Shown: positions 9,481-23,100, numbered from the stretch's first letter. The stretch is DNA of 40,637 nt from Pelomyxa schiedti (GCA_020536535.1 JAHLWZ010000939.1:1-40637); one strand, 5' to 3'. Numbers and translations: made by a program. The notes: a model not told the origin generated them from the letters alone.

Positions 9481-12400
9481 TTATCTTTTCCTTTTGGAAC
9501 TGTGTGGTTGTTTGGGGGCATCATTGGACGGTGGTGGTGACCTTTTGGAGCCGGCTAGTTTGGTTTCTTCTTTGTCTTTGTGGTGGTGTTTGGTCTTCTT
9601 GCTGGAAGCCTTATCTTTCGATTTGTGGTGCTTCTTGTCCTTGTGTTTGTGTTTGGTTTTGTCTTTCTTGGATGATTTGCTTCCTTTCTTGTCTTTTTCT
9701 TTCTTTGAGACCTTCTGGGGGCGTTTCTTGTTCTTCTTTGCCTTCGCTTTTGCCTTTTCTCGTTCTTTTTCCTTTTCCTTCTTCTTTCTCTCTTTCCTCT
9801 TCTTCTTTTCCTGTTCTTGTTTTTTCTGTATGAAAGTAAGCAAGTTATGAGTAAGAAGGGCAAAAACCTGACAGCCTTTGACTAGAACATCACATCGTCG
9901 GTGGAGATCAACAGCTGTTCTACTCTGTAAGAACCTTGAAACATTAAGCCTATGATTCATCTTACAAGTTCTTACCAATCAAAGCGGAACAAGTCAGACC
10001 GTAAGACACATTCCTTTAGGTGATCCCACTTGCCATAACCCAAATCACGCAGTGTGGTTAACTGAAGGAAAATTTGTTACACAAGGAACATAAGGGGAGT
10101 CAAACCAGGAATATATCACTCGTGTAAGAGAAGTGTTTGTTGTTTCTTGACAGAGAAAAAATGCTGGGAGTAGGACCTCGGAATACAAGGGTATTGAACG
10201 GTGGCAGAGAATCTAAAAGTTTTTGCTTTTCCACAATTTGTTCACGTTTTTCTTCTCCCTTTTCAATTTTTCGTTTGATTGACTCAGAATCTGTGTTTCT
10301 TAAGCATGACAAAGGGAAGGGGAAGTAGGGTACCTTTCAATTCATCAATCCTTGACCAAAAGACTTCGGAGTACTCTTTCACTTCTTCAAGGCTCTTACC
10401 AGGAATAGCTGCAGCAATGTCTTTGAGGTTTTTTCGGCCATGATTTTTGCTTGCATGAATGAAAAGGAAAAAATCTCTGTAGCTCCACTGAGTGTATCCC
10501 TGTGATGCATGTGAGATCGGTTTTTTCTATGGGTTATTTTGATTTTTATTGTTTCTCACTTTAGTTAGTAACTTCTCTTTCTCAGCTATCTCAGCTTCGG
10601 TGAGGTCATCTACAAACTATTATTTCATGACCTAGTTTCTGGAAATACCTGGGAAGGCAACAAGTGTCTTTTCAGATGAGGATTGTGCATCTTCCAATGC
10701 CTCGTACGCTGCGATTTTATCCTGAAGGATACTTAGGGAACCTCATTCCGAAGGTTTTCTGTTTTTACCTTGTAAATTGTTCTTTCCTTCTTCAGAATTT
10801 CGAAGAGCCTCTCAGGGTAGAACTGCCACGGCTGCCTGTTGTGGGTATTTAGAAGTGGAAGAAAGAAACACAACACACAGAGTAGGTTGTCGTAGGGGCC
10901 TGAGAGGTACCATACGACGATGTGCCTGTTGCCTGCAGTAAAATGGTGCATTAATATTTTTTTGTTTTTGCAGTAGAGGCTTACGCTGCTGCTCTGTTGT
11001 TGGTTCCACTGGTCTGTGCGTCACCTTCTCTGAGAAGTTGAGCTATTTCGGAGGTAGAAGTCTTTTTGTCGAAGTCGTGGATGTCAAACTCGTCTGGCAG
11101 AAAGAGTCAACCCTCTACAGTGAGTTGATGTTACCTACCTTGACCAGAGAAGTCAAGCATTTTCTTTACGTTTTCCTGCATTTCTTCCTGCTGCTGGGCT
11201 GTCTTTTGCTCTGCTTGAGCAAGAATTTGATCAATGTCCTCGTTAGTGGTCAGTTCACTGGTTGCTGTGCTCCGGAGCACTTGATCTGCTCCAAAGTGCA
11301 CCATTGATAACAGTTCCTCAAATTTAACAGCCTTATTTGAGGATTCAGCAAGTCTTCCTATTGCACATATGTGAGAGTTGGTGACTAAAACCATCACCCA
11401 CCTTGTTGAATTACTACAGCATCAAGACATAATCGTTTCTCTGCCCTCTGTACAATTTTTTCTTCCACAGTATACTGTGGGAAAGTATTAATTATAAGGG
11501 AAACTATACCAATATACCTCAGTTACGAATCTGTACACAGTTACAGGCTTAACTTGTCCAATACGATGCGCTCTGTCACTGGCTTGCAGGTCCATTTGAG
11601 GATTCCTTTATAAAGATCAAAGATGGATAGAAAATCATATGTTCACCAGTCACTATCGTAAATAATCACTGGACAAAGTTAGTACTTTCTTGTGCAATTT
11701 CCACTAGATACGATACCTTGATCGGCGGTAGCAAGATTAATTCCAAGACCTCCTGCTCTGAGAGCTAATAAGCTTCACTAGAATGCACAGGAGATTACCT
11801 TGTTGATAGCAAGAACAGAAAAACTGGGGAGTTTTTAGCATTGAATTCATCAATTCGCTTGTCTCGCTCCACAGTATCTGTACTCCCATCAATACGGACA
11901 TAGGTCCACCCACGAAGCGCTATGTAATCTTCAATGATATCCAGCATTCTACGAAAAATCGTTAATGCTCAACGGTGTTATACGCAAGACGAAACCGTGT
12001 CATTTGGGAAAAAACGAGAACTCGCGAATTTTGTGCTTTAAGTTTTTGTAGCAACTTGTCAAGTACCACCATTTTACCTGTTTTTTTTTTTTAGGAAATT
12101 TCTGTACCAACGATTGTTACCTGAGGCAGTGACTAAATACTCGCCATTAACATAAGGAGGGCCAGGTTCGATTTCGTGGAACAAATAGGGATGGTTGCAG
12201 GCTTTACGTAGCTAAACTCATTAGAGAAATGTGAAAGAAGTAGCAAGTACCTGCATAATCATATTTAGAAGCCTGGTACGCTGTTTATAAACCCCTAGTT
12301 TCATATGACTTAAAAACCCTGAGTAGCTTGCTGTTACCGAGGAGAACATCTCTCTCCTTCTTCAGGATGCTTCTGTACAACCCAGTCTGAAGAGTGGACA

Positions 12401-14965
12401 AACGCACGAATACTTTGATTTCTTTTTTTGGAGGTAAACTTTTTTCCACATCAACCTTTGTTCGGCGAAGCATGAAAGGCTTGAGGATCTTTTTATTGTT
12501 TAGTCTACGCATATCTTTTTAGAGAGCCTACTGTATGCAGCCGTTGTACAGTATCTGCTTGATGCTCAGCATCCATTTGAAACCACTCATCAAAATCTTC
12601 AGCGGAATCAAAGACTTCAGGTAAAAGAAAGTTGAGTAAAGCCCACAGTTCATGTAAATTGTTCTGAAGAGGTTAATGAGATTGCTTTGAAAGAAAGATA
12701 TGCCCACTTGCAATGGAGTCCCTGTTAGTAGTAGTCTGTGATCATTATCGAATTTTCTTACAAGTTGGGAAAGGAGAGAGTGCTCGTTCTTGATTCGATG
12801 AGCTTATGGACCTTAGTGATTATGGAGAGGAAAAACACCTCGTACCTTCATCAATAACAAGGTAACTAGTAAGGAGTAAATCAATAACCTGGGAAAAAGG
12901 GGGAAAACCTCCATTTTATTTTACGTAGAGGCAACTGCTCAATCTTGGCAATTTCATATGATGTTAAGACAACATTGAATTTCCGTTTTCTTATTTGTGC
13001 AACAATCTCTGGCTGAAAGAAATGGAGATAAACAGTAAGGAGAACGTGGCGAAGACTTTAAGAATACCCTATCCTCTTTCGATCCAATGAGTTTGATGAC
13101 ATTTAGATATGGGGCCCATCGGTGAAGCTCTGTTTCCCATCCATGCAGTGTTGATTTAGGAGCGACAACTATGTGAGGCCCTTTATTGTGGCGTAATTTG
13201 TAAAGGTATCCTTGAGGTAGATTAGAATACACATTAGAGAGCAACAACCAAACCAAAGAGGGCAATTGTTTCAAGAGTTTTTCCAAGCCCCTAGATATAA
13301 GAAATTACACTCATGTTTCTTAAAAGGGGAAAACCATTTCATCAGCTAGAATACTGTTGATGCCTCCATCGTGCCTCCTTATCAACCAGTTAAGCGCATC
13401 AACTTGGTAAGTCTTCATTGAACCATTCTTAATAACTTGATTTCTTTAGACAGTGTAACAGAGTGAACAAACGTACAGGGAGGGGACTCATCGAAATGAG
13501 TTTGGGACATATCAACTTCATCGAGGGCTGTTTGAACTAATTCATCATCTTCATCTTTTTCCGCTCTACTGAGACGTTTACTGGGTGTATGTGGAATCTG
13601 AGCATCAAGACTGCTCCTTGTTCTAATGCATCGCGTATATAGTTCAGTCTGCTCCATCATGAATTTCAAGCGCTTTTCACGCTTTTTTTGCTGGTTTTTG
13701 TTTTGTTTTTATTTTGGCTTACACAAAAGATTCCAAGGTTTACTTGCTTTTCGAGAAATGGCATCGAGTTCAGATTGTGAAGCTGCAGCTGATCCACTTT
13801 CAGGTTTATCTGCACTTTCAGGTTTGTCTGGTGTACTTGTGCCATCTGTTTCCTTTTGTTCGTTGGTTGGTTTTTTGTCCATTTTTGTGTCATCTTTGTC
13901 CGTGGCATCGGTTGTGTCAACGTCTTTGTCGGTTGTGTCTTTGGCATTGTTTTCATTATTGCTAGTGTCTTTTGGTTCCTCATCCTTGTCAGAAGTGTTT
14001 TTTCCAGCCTCCTCTTCAATGTCTCCAACAAATTTTTCCCATTCTTCTTCTTGGGTTTCCTTGAGTTCACGCAGTTGGCTTAACCTCCTCTCTCGCAGAG
14101 CCCTAAAAGCTTTTTCTGCCTTGTTTGGAACGACATCTTCCTCAGTGCTGGATCCACTCCCTTCACTACTGTCACTCTCACTTCCACTCGACCTGTTCGA
14201 TCTGCCCTTGGCAGCACCACCTCTTCCCCTTCCCCTTCCACGTGCAGCTGGGGCAGGCTTTTTCCGCTGCCCCCAGTCTGAGTCCGCGTCGCTGCTGCTG
14301 CTCTCGCTGTCACTATCATTTCTCCTCGAGGGGGGGTTCCTCCTGCCCCCGCCGCCGCCCCCTCTCCCGCGGCCCCCCCTTGCTCCCCTGCCCCTCGCCC
14401 CCCCTCTGCCCCTTCCTCTGGACCCAGAGCCCTTGCCCTCCCTCCAGTCACCGTCCTTTTTAGTACTAGAGTCACTCCCGCTCCCGCTGCCGCTTCCACT
14501 GCCACTTCCGCTCCCGCTCCCGCTCCCACTCCCACTCCCACTCTCGCTGCCGCTTCCACTGCCACTTCTGCTCCTGCTCCCACTTGCACTCCTGCTTCTG
14601 CTTTTGCTTCTGCTTTTGCTTTTGCTTCTGCTCCTGCTTCGACTCCTGCTTGTGCTCCCCTTCTTGTCTGTCATCTCGTGGTCGCTGTGGTCACCTTTCT
14701 TCGACGTGGAAGTAGTAGTAGTGGCAGTTGTACTCGTGGTCTTCGCGTCCGACTCCTCAATCGACGTATCACCCTCGTCGTCCTCGCCCTTCTTATCTAC
14801 AAACAGGGGGGAAAAAAAAAAAAAAAAACCAAAAGCGCAGTCGGTCAGCCCCAAACATAACAAACCATTCTCTGTCCCACAATGCACATACACACCGGTC
14901 GTAGTGGACACGTCGTCGTCCCGCGAGTCGTCGATGGTGGTATCGCCTCCGGTGCTGGAATCCAT
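9481..14965 (-). CDS. ISWI: ISWI-family SNF2 chromatin-remodelling ATPase with HAND-SANT-SLIDE region and long low-complexity tails
   Basis: ILADEM|[11 protein letters not shown]|[25 protein letters not shown]|[67 protein letters not shown]|[21 protein letters not shown]-like [14 protein letters not shown]...[15 protein letters not shown], Lys-rich C-terminus. Confidence 0.93.
14474..14652 (-). repeat. Coding hexanucleotide-type repeats encoding (SR/SK)n and (SG)n runs in the ISWI N-terminus
   Basis: Runs of ctcccg/cttcca/ctgccg/cttctg/cttttg on the + strand; protein [15 protein letters not shown]...[10 protein letters not shown]. Confidence 0.8.
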
Positions 14966-15199
14966 TGCCTCTTTAGTGGGGGGTGCAGCACCAAAGAACA
15001 AAGTTTGAAAAAAAAAAAAAGAAAAAAGGAAAAATAGAACCTTCTTTCTGGTTTATTTTTGGTGTTTGTAGGGTTTAAATACTAAGATGCGATGGCATAG
15101 GATTCCATCGAATTCGGAAATCCCAACATATTATTACTAAGAGATTGTTAAGTGTTGTGCCGTGGTAAGGTACCTTTTGTTGTATTGTTGTTTGTCGAA

Positions 15200-15740
15200 A
15201 TGGAAGACGTACCCGCGAGCGCCGCACCGTGGCCAACACACTTCAAGGATGTAAGGGCAAAGTGGCCTGAGTACTCGAAGTCCTTGGATGCATTGGGAAA
15301 CTGTGTGAGACAGGTATGTGAGGGCTTATGCTGCCATGTTATGTGCTGATATCCCCTGAACCAAAAGGGACCACTAGATGTCAAGACGCAACACCTTATC
15401 CAAATGGCTGCCGCGATTGCTATAAGGTCAGAAGGTGGAGTCCACAGGTAAGACATGACAAGTGCAACTTTCAGTGTGCGAACTAAGATGCACGTAGTCA
15501 CGCAAGGCGAGCGCTGGCTCTTGGGGCTTCGAAAGAAGAAGTTCTCCAGTCCGCACTGTTACTTACTTCCACAGGTACTTTTTTTGTTTTTTTTTTTTTT
15601 TGCGACTGTGTGTACTACGCTGACGCAAATCAGTTGGGTTTCCACAGGTATCAGCCGGAATCAGTTGGATAGAAGATCTCTACGAAAGTCCGACATCTAC
15701 GACGACACAACACCACTCGTCTACACCCATATTGCCTTGA
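15200..15740 (+). CDS. Carboxymuconolactone decarboxylase (CMD)/AhpD-like family protein, prokaryote-type, 3 introns
   Basis: Spliced: MEDVPASAAPWPTHFKDVRAKWPEYSKSLDALGNCVRQ|GPLDVKTQHLIQMAAAIAIRSEGGVHS|HARRALALGASKEEVLQSALLLTST|VGFPQVSAGISWIEDL. This is the CMD helical pattern; no CxxC. Confidence 0.85.
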
Positions 15741-15852
15741 TTTTTTTTCTGTTCTGCAAACGCCGGGAATTGTTGTCACTGAATGGCAGTTCAAAGGAAA
15801 GGAAAAGAAACAACATCAGATTGGACGAAAACCATTTTTTATTGAGGTCGGG

Positions 15853-18749
15853 ATGATGGAGTGTGCGGGTGGAGCGGCAGATCTGCCGCCCTCGAATGTT
15901 GCAACAACTACCGCGGGGAACGACAAAACAGCACCACCAAACTACGTTGTTGAAGATGCAGTTTCTCGTGACAACACAGCGGCGCAAGATCCGGGTCAGA
16001 CGCGCGCAGTTGCGAGCAACGCGGAACAAACGAGCGCAGTTTTGACCGATCCAGTTTCGGTGTCTTCTGCTCCTACGAACGGACAAGTGACAGGCTTCGC
16101 GCCGCTTGGAATTGACACGTTCCCGTTTGGTTTCAATTTGGATGCAATGGGGAGTGTTGGTGGCGGACATGTGAACTACGGGTTGGGCAACCTCCCTCTG
16201 AATATGGGTGGTAATTCTACTGACATTACCGGGGCTACTGGTGTTGCTGCTTTGGGGTTGGATCAACTGTTGAACATTGTAGGACTTGATACTTCTGCTT
16301 TCGCAGCAGCAGTCAATGACGCTGCTGCACAACAGCAACCACAACAAGACTCGACAATGGCTTGTGCTCCTATTCTTCAGGTAGACTCTGAGATTCACGA
16401 CAGTTCTGTGTCCAGTTCCATGATGGCCCCTTCTACGGAAATTCCACCTTCCACTGAGGGAGCACCGACCGAACGGTCAGAAAGTGCGATTCAACTTCAG
16501 AACGACTCTGCTCTGGTACATATTGTTGTAACTATCATCACATCCAAATTAACACTTCCGTACTTCACAGGATATTAATGTGACTACACAAAAAGACCAA
16601 GAATCTTCCACAACGACCGGGACAGAACTTCCGAGTTCTGAGAATTCCAGTGAATCTAAGTGGTCTCCAGGGGATTATTTAGTAGTGCGATGCGATTCCC
16701 GTGATCCTTTCTGGGTTGCTGCCGTTATGGTACCTCTGTAACTTCTGAATCGCGCAGCTCACCCTGGCAGGAGACTGAAAGCAAATCCACTGATCAAGAA
16801 GGATGGTTACAAATACGACGGATGGATTTTTCTTCCATCTGTGAAGGCATGCATGTAAAGTCCTCGGGAGAGTCTGTATTAACCCTCTGTTAGATGGAGA
16901 AGTATATAAAGTTGGTTATTGGGATCACATACCAAAGTCTACTGTTCTATGTAAAACAAAGTTGCTTCAGTCGAACATAGGTTTTGTTCTGCCCAGAGAT
17001 GAGCGGTATAATTACACTTGGATAGATTATCCATCAACTGTTTAGATTTAGGATTATGAAACTCATACAAAATTCGGAAAATGATGAAATGGAGTAAGTG
17101 AAAGAATGGCATTTATTTTTTGTACTTAATTCGCCTCAAACTTTCAAAACAAAGAAACAAAACAGATAATTTTGAGTTGGAGGTTGGGGCCATTCTGTCT
17201 AAAGCTGTCCTACAAGATGGTAAACTCTATTATCTCATCCGTTGGAAGGTTCCCCCTTTGACTACTCGGGAAGTATTAAAGTGGACAGGGTTTTGATGAA
17301 AGAAATACTACGTGGGAACCTGCTGGAACACAGGCAAAGGGTTTTTCAGTGGCACTGAAGAAGTTTGAAGGAGCAGTGTGCAAACTGGTGGTCACTTTCC
17401 CTGGCAATAAACCTATTGCTCCTGCAAAGAGGTTGGAATTCGGACTTTGCCGTGTACCCTTTCTTACTGATAACAGAACGGCAGCCCCGCCACGATCACG
17501 ACAAAGACCGAAAAAGAGTAGAACTGACACAGTGGGTGATACAAATGGAAGTTCGTTGCCTGGTGCACATCCCCACGCACCTCAAGCAGCCGCTAAGGGT
17601 GGCAGGAAAAAGACTCTTCTTGATAAATTGAGAGCACAAGGACCACCAGGTTGGAGGAAACAAGCAACTGGGAAGCCAGTTTGTACAGTTAGCGCATCGG
17701 TGAATATTAATCCACACAAATGAAAAGGGTACTCCTGGAACCCCAGGAGCAGGCAAGAAACCAGCTGCTCCCGCAACGGGAAAGAAGCCAATTGGGCGAC
17801 CTCGTGGTTCTACTGTATCTGCAGCAGCACAGAAGCGTCAACCTGATGCCTCGAATCTTGGAACTGTGCCACTGACATCGTATGTGCTCGCGGGCTTGCA
17901 TTCCACTAACTGTGTTAAATTCAGTAACATGTCTATGGGAGGTACTGGAATGCAATCTGGGCTTGGAATGCAACCAGCTTTCAATTGCTCCAGTACCGTT
18001 CTAGGTGTGCATGATGTTGAATCTCCCTCTGGCATGATGCCAAATCCAAGTGCCCCAGGAATGGTAAACCTGAATACTACAGCTGAATGCCTTCAATCAC
18101 CCTATATGGGACTACCAAACACAGCTCCTTCATTGCTCATGTCTCAACTACAACAGCTTCCTTCACTCTCTATGCAATCTCTAGTTGGCATGCCATCAAA
18201 CTCTACAGCAAGCAATCCCAGCACAAACATCACACCCCAGTGGGACTCCACTTCAAGTGTATTTTCTTTACAGAACGCCGATATGATTGTACAGATGGCC
18301 TCCCAACTCGCTGCTAGTGGAGGGTTGAGTACCACTCCGACTTCCACGGATATGGGCCTTGGGTTCAGTGGTGTAGGGATGGGTTTAAGTGGTCTGGGGC
18401 TTGGACTTCCTGAAGGAGTAGGTGGGGTAGGAATGGAGATGGCCCCCAACACATCATCAAGTGCAATTTCTCCCCTTCTCTCCAGTCCACCAACAATTGC
18501 CACCCCCACAGCATCAGTGATGCCACAACCACCTCCGGTTTCTTCTTCAGTACTTCCGCGCAAGTTCGCCAGCCAAGGTATGAAGTCCTTTCATTTTCAA
18601 ACCGTCTAATGCACACATTAGGAAAGCGAAAACCACCCTCCTTGCAGATCAATAAAAACCGCCCTCGCCCCAGCACAGAGGCTCACCCGAGTGACTCTGC
18701 CCAAACACCCAAAACTGCCCCTGCAGCTGGTAGCCCAGGTGGCTCCTAA
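15853..18749 (+). CDS. Chromodomain protein with an upstream BAH/Tudor-like barrel, an AT-hook and long low-complexity regions
   Basis: Chromodomain FELEVGAILSKAVLQDGKLYYLIRWK|GFDERNTTWEP. Upstream KWSPGDYLVVRCDSRDPFWVAAVM...WLQIRRM...WDHIPKSTVLC. AT-hook KKPIGRPRGS. The last exon ends GSPGGS*. Confidence 0.75.
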
Positions 18750-18880
18750 AAAAAACTAACCGGAGCCGGCGAGTCAAAGCAAGCCATTATTCCGGTTCCA
18801 CACTAAACCGCCAAACACTATTCTCAAAACGGTATCAAAAGAAACCAAAGTTCGCAAATTAAATTCTTGCAGTTTTTTGC

Positions 18881-20144
18881 CTATTCCAATGGTGTTGCAG
18901 CAACACATGCTGCTTCAGTGTTTTGGGGAGTGGGCTTCACGCGGTGCTTTGAGGGCAAAGGCACAAATTCTGTGAGCCTCAGTGTGAAACATGGGCTGGT
19001 GTTTTGTTCCAGAAGCTCGCGTTTGAATTTATCATAAAGTGCCTGAAGAAAGAGAATGAGGCAAGGAAGGGGCACAAATTAAGGTACAACAAGCACACCT
19101 TGATAAGGAAGTAGTGCACAGTTTTCTTGGCACCATAGGTGGCAGTCCAGGCACAGGAGCGAGGGTGCGGCCGGCTCACAACAAAGTGGAATGGGTCGAC
19201 TTGGAATTTCCAGCCAAGTACCGCTAGGTGCAGAAGCCACTGGATTTTATTCAGGCCGTAGCCGCAGAACCGCGGGTCAAATAAGGGCGTGGAATTGTTC
19301 GGAACAACAACGTACGGTTCGTAACCTGTTTTCGGTTAGAGTTTTGAGAGGGCTAGTTGGATCAAACCCTCTTCGTAGGTGGCCAAATAGGGGTACTGAG
19401 CAATCTTCCATGTGTCATAGTTGCTGGGCATGTGTCCCATTGGGAAATGACGTGTGTGGAACGGAGAAAGTGAACCAAGTGACATCATCTTCACAGCTTC
19501 TAATCTGAAAGGAACAGTTTAGAATGGGCCATTCTAAACGAAGACATGGTTCTTGTACTTGTTATTTGGGAGGGTCTTATTTAAAGAAAGCTCAAAGGCA
19601 GGCAATACGAGAGCGGTTTTGCTATCTCTGGTTGATCCATACAACACACTGCATAAATGTCCATGCATGCCAGTCGATGGGACGAAATCAACGTCCAGGA
19701 CAAACACGTAATTTGTATGCACTTGGCGCATGGCAACATTGCGCAGTACATTGATTGGGTAGGGCTGAGAACTTGTCTCGGGATTTGTAGTTACTTCACA
19801 GACCGTATCGGTTTCTGGGAGTTGAAAAACGAGAGCGATGTCTAATCGACAGGGAGAGGAATCCACATTGAGACGTTCAACACCTTGGTGCAAGGATTTG
19901 ATTCTGTCCAGTTCGTATTCAAGTGCCTCAGGATCTGATGACACACAAAGAGGTAAATAAATTGCAGCTGAAATGATTCCAGTCCATGACAAAGCCTTTG
20001 GGGTGTTACTGGAATTCTAAAGTGTTGTTTCAGGTGAGGTGAAACCATTTCTTCCAGGTTATGAAGCCTATCAAGAGACAATTGCGTTGCTATTGTTACT
20101 TCGTTCTCTGTTCTTGGAAGGGTACTGCGCAGGAACATGAATTC
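18881..20144 (-). other. GT49 glycosyltransferase domain (LARGE glucuronyltransferase/B4GAT1-like)
   Basis: EVTIATQLSLDRLHNLEEM|ALSWTGIISAAIYLP, YPINVLRNVAMRQVHTNYVFVLDVDFVP (DxD), KTALVLPAFE, EPYVVV...FDPRFCGYGLNKIQW. Confidence 0.9.
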
Positions 20145-23100
20145 CTGAAATGATTTAAAAGAACAAGGAGACTGGTGAATAAGGAACCTCTCTGAACTCT
20201 GGGACCGGTATTGGCCACTGTGTCGCGGCTCTAAGAAGCTGTTGCCTCCAATGTTCCACCCAATCTTGGGCTTTGTTGTCCTCTGTTGCCAACTCCTCGT
20301 CACCAGCGAGCTGAAAGGATAATATAAGTTCAAGTTATTTGTGTATGGGGGCTACATTAAAATTATCTGTGCGGCAGACGGGGTCAGATGAAAGGGTGCA
20401 TGTGGAACCAGCATCCCCATTTGGGTCACTTCCATCTGGGAGGTCCTGTGGCCCTGCACTACCATACATATCCACAATGTCAGCAGTGTCATTATCATTA
20501 TCGTTGGCATCATCCCCGTCGGGGTCTGAATCCTTTGTGTTCGAGTCACTTCCTTGCCCATCGTCGTCAGAGGCCTTTAACTTCTCATTAGTTTCACAGG
20601 TGCGTTCAGGGACGTACAAAGTGGTCGTCGACATCAGCGCAGTCGTCACTGTCAAACTCGGACTGGTCATCCTCCGAATCACTGCTTTTTCCATCGGCAC
20701 TGTCATCATCATCTTTTTTGGGGGGAGGGGGGGGATCTAGGTGTGTCCCCCTGCCCCTCCCATGCAAAAACCCATCCCCGTAATCTATCGCACGCCCACG
20801 ATCATCGTGACAATAATAATCACGTCTCTCACACAGTTTAGCAAGCCTGAATGTGAGGTTGGCAATGGATAATGGTTTCACTCCTTCATACTTTTTGTCA
20901 AGATGTTTCCAGAAACATATGTATCGCCATAGTTTCAGTATCAGTTTTTTCCCCAACAGGGATGATACCGCCTTATTACGTGATGCATAATTGGCTATCC
21001 AATAAAGTTGCACATCGACTTCTGCTTTAGGATTTTGAAGAATACTCTTGCCTTCTGTAGGAAAAATGAGTGATTCAATTGGGAATGGTGGTAACCTGGT
21101 AAAACTCTCTGGATTGCTGGGAACAGTGGGCGTATCTTTTTCATAAGCTTTTTTCTTTGTTTGAGCTGCTTTGATTTGACACTGTTCTGACGCTTTTTGC
21201 TTCTTGTGACAGCTTTACCCTATTTTCCCGTTTTAATAAGTACGTTCTATTGACTTAAGTATGCTTACAATGTCAATTGTTTCTAGCTTTCTCTGTAACT
21301 TTCCTTGCGCAAGGGAGATATTTCGTTGCAACAAGGAAGAAATTGTTGGGGCAACAGTCAGTAATTTCTTGGACATCCGTTGTGCTCTGCCCATAGCTTG
21401 TTTTGTGCTGCGTATCTTTGCTTTAACACTGGGCTTCTTGGATATATTTCTAGTTCGATTCAGGAATTGAAGGGTTGCAGCTAATTCTGTGAGGTCCCGA
21501 TTTGCAGCTGCGATTTGGTTTTTCTGCAAAGTCAATAAGACGGAAAAGTCATAGAATGGGAGTGGAGACCAGGTCGGAAAGAGCTTTTTCAGCTGAGAAC
21601 TCCGGAAAAACGAAATGTGTTAATTTTTTGTTGCACTTCACAATAAGCTGTAGGGAATTCAAAGCCATAGGAGTTAAATCGTTTCTGTCCAGTTTCACTA
21701 TTCAGGTTAATATCTCTTATGCTCTGTATTTATTTTAACTTCAGAGCCTTACATTCAGTTAACGACCGATTGCCAATGAGATTTTGAACGAACACTTCTG
21801 TCTGTGTAGCTGGGCAGGTATTGTTTGACACATCCAGATATGTGAGTGTTTTAGATACTCTAACGGCTTCTGCAATAGAGGCAAGATTCAACTTGGAGTT
21901 ACTGATATCCAGGTGCGTAATCCCCTTTGAGAGCAGAGAGGCAATTTGCCCAGGTGCTGCTGTGGCCTCAGTGCAGCCTTGTATTACTACTTTTGGAATT
22001 ACTGCCGCTCTTGCAAATTCTGTCATTAATTGTGGAGTTCCATTGCCAATAACGTGAAGCTCATTTACAGAAGGCGGCAGAACACCGAAGGGTATAAAAT
22101 CCGAAACGGCGTGGACAATAAGACAAATCTGCATCTACGCTGAGGAAAAAGAAATAATACAAGAAACAAAGCATACTTGTGCTTTGGGTGGTACAAGTTC
22201 CAGAGCTGGAACAAAGACAACAATATGGTTACTGTCAATAGAGAGCATTTTCAGCGAGCTCAGTGATCTTTCTGTAGCAAGTTTCTGGCGGAGAGTGTCG
22301 AGAATACCCTCACCAGTTTTTGAAGAGTGATGTCCTTCAGTTAGGGTTGTACCTGGAGACTTTCAAACTGGGGTGACAGTAAGAACAAAAAAACCTTGAA
22401 GGCTGAGTCGTTTCAACTTAATTTTACTGTCAGCAATAGCATTTAGAATGCAACCAGTCTTCATCAACGAATTACTGATATGCAATTCCTTCAAAAATAG
22501 TGACCGGCCGATCAAAGCCACAATGTTTGCGCCATCATCATTTTTAAATGGGTTGCTCGAGATATCCAAAAACTTGAGTACTAATTTGTATTAGGATGGA
22601 AAAAAAATGGCAGAGCACAAAGTGAAAGTCACCCCTTGTTTGCAGGCAGTCAAGTGCCGGTAAAATAGAAGAGTTGCACTGCGTAGCATGGAGATCAAGA
22701 TGCTGCAAACATGTATGACCACTTAAGCCCTTTAATACACTTATGACTCCATCACTACCAAGATTATTCACAGAAAGGTCTACGGAAGTGAGGAGCGGAA
22801 GTGTTCTACGTGTAATTAAGATAAGGAAAAAGAAGTTGAAGATCAACCTGCTAACTAAGCATTGGCACAGAGAAGCGGCAAAATTTTGGCCTAAAGTTAC
22901 ATTGGAGAGAGTCAAACAAGTCATCGGTCCTTGCACCAATTCCACGACAGCATCTTGGCACAGCTGATCAGTGGTTGATTTCTCGATTTCCAACTTATAA
23001 GGGCCCCGGGTAAGAGTAAGAGCCTTAAGTAGTCCATAGGCCAAATTTGGGCAGCTGGACCAACTGGAGGGTATCACTACATGTTCGAACTTGAACTGAG

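Noticed and set aside
9452-9850. Hydrophobic + strand ORFs that look like membrane proteins
   Set aside because: Antisense of the Lys-rich ISWI C-terminal exon.
13626-15008. 460-aa + strand ORF rich in Leu/Pro
   Set aside because: Antisense shadow of the low-complexity ISWI N-terminal exons.
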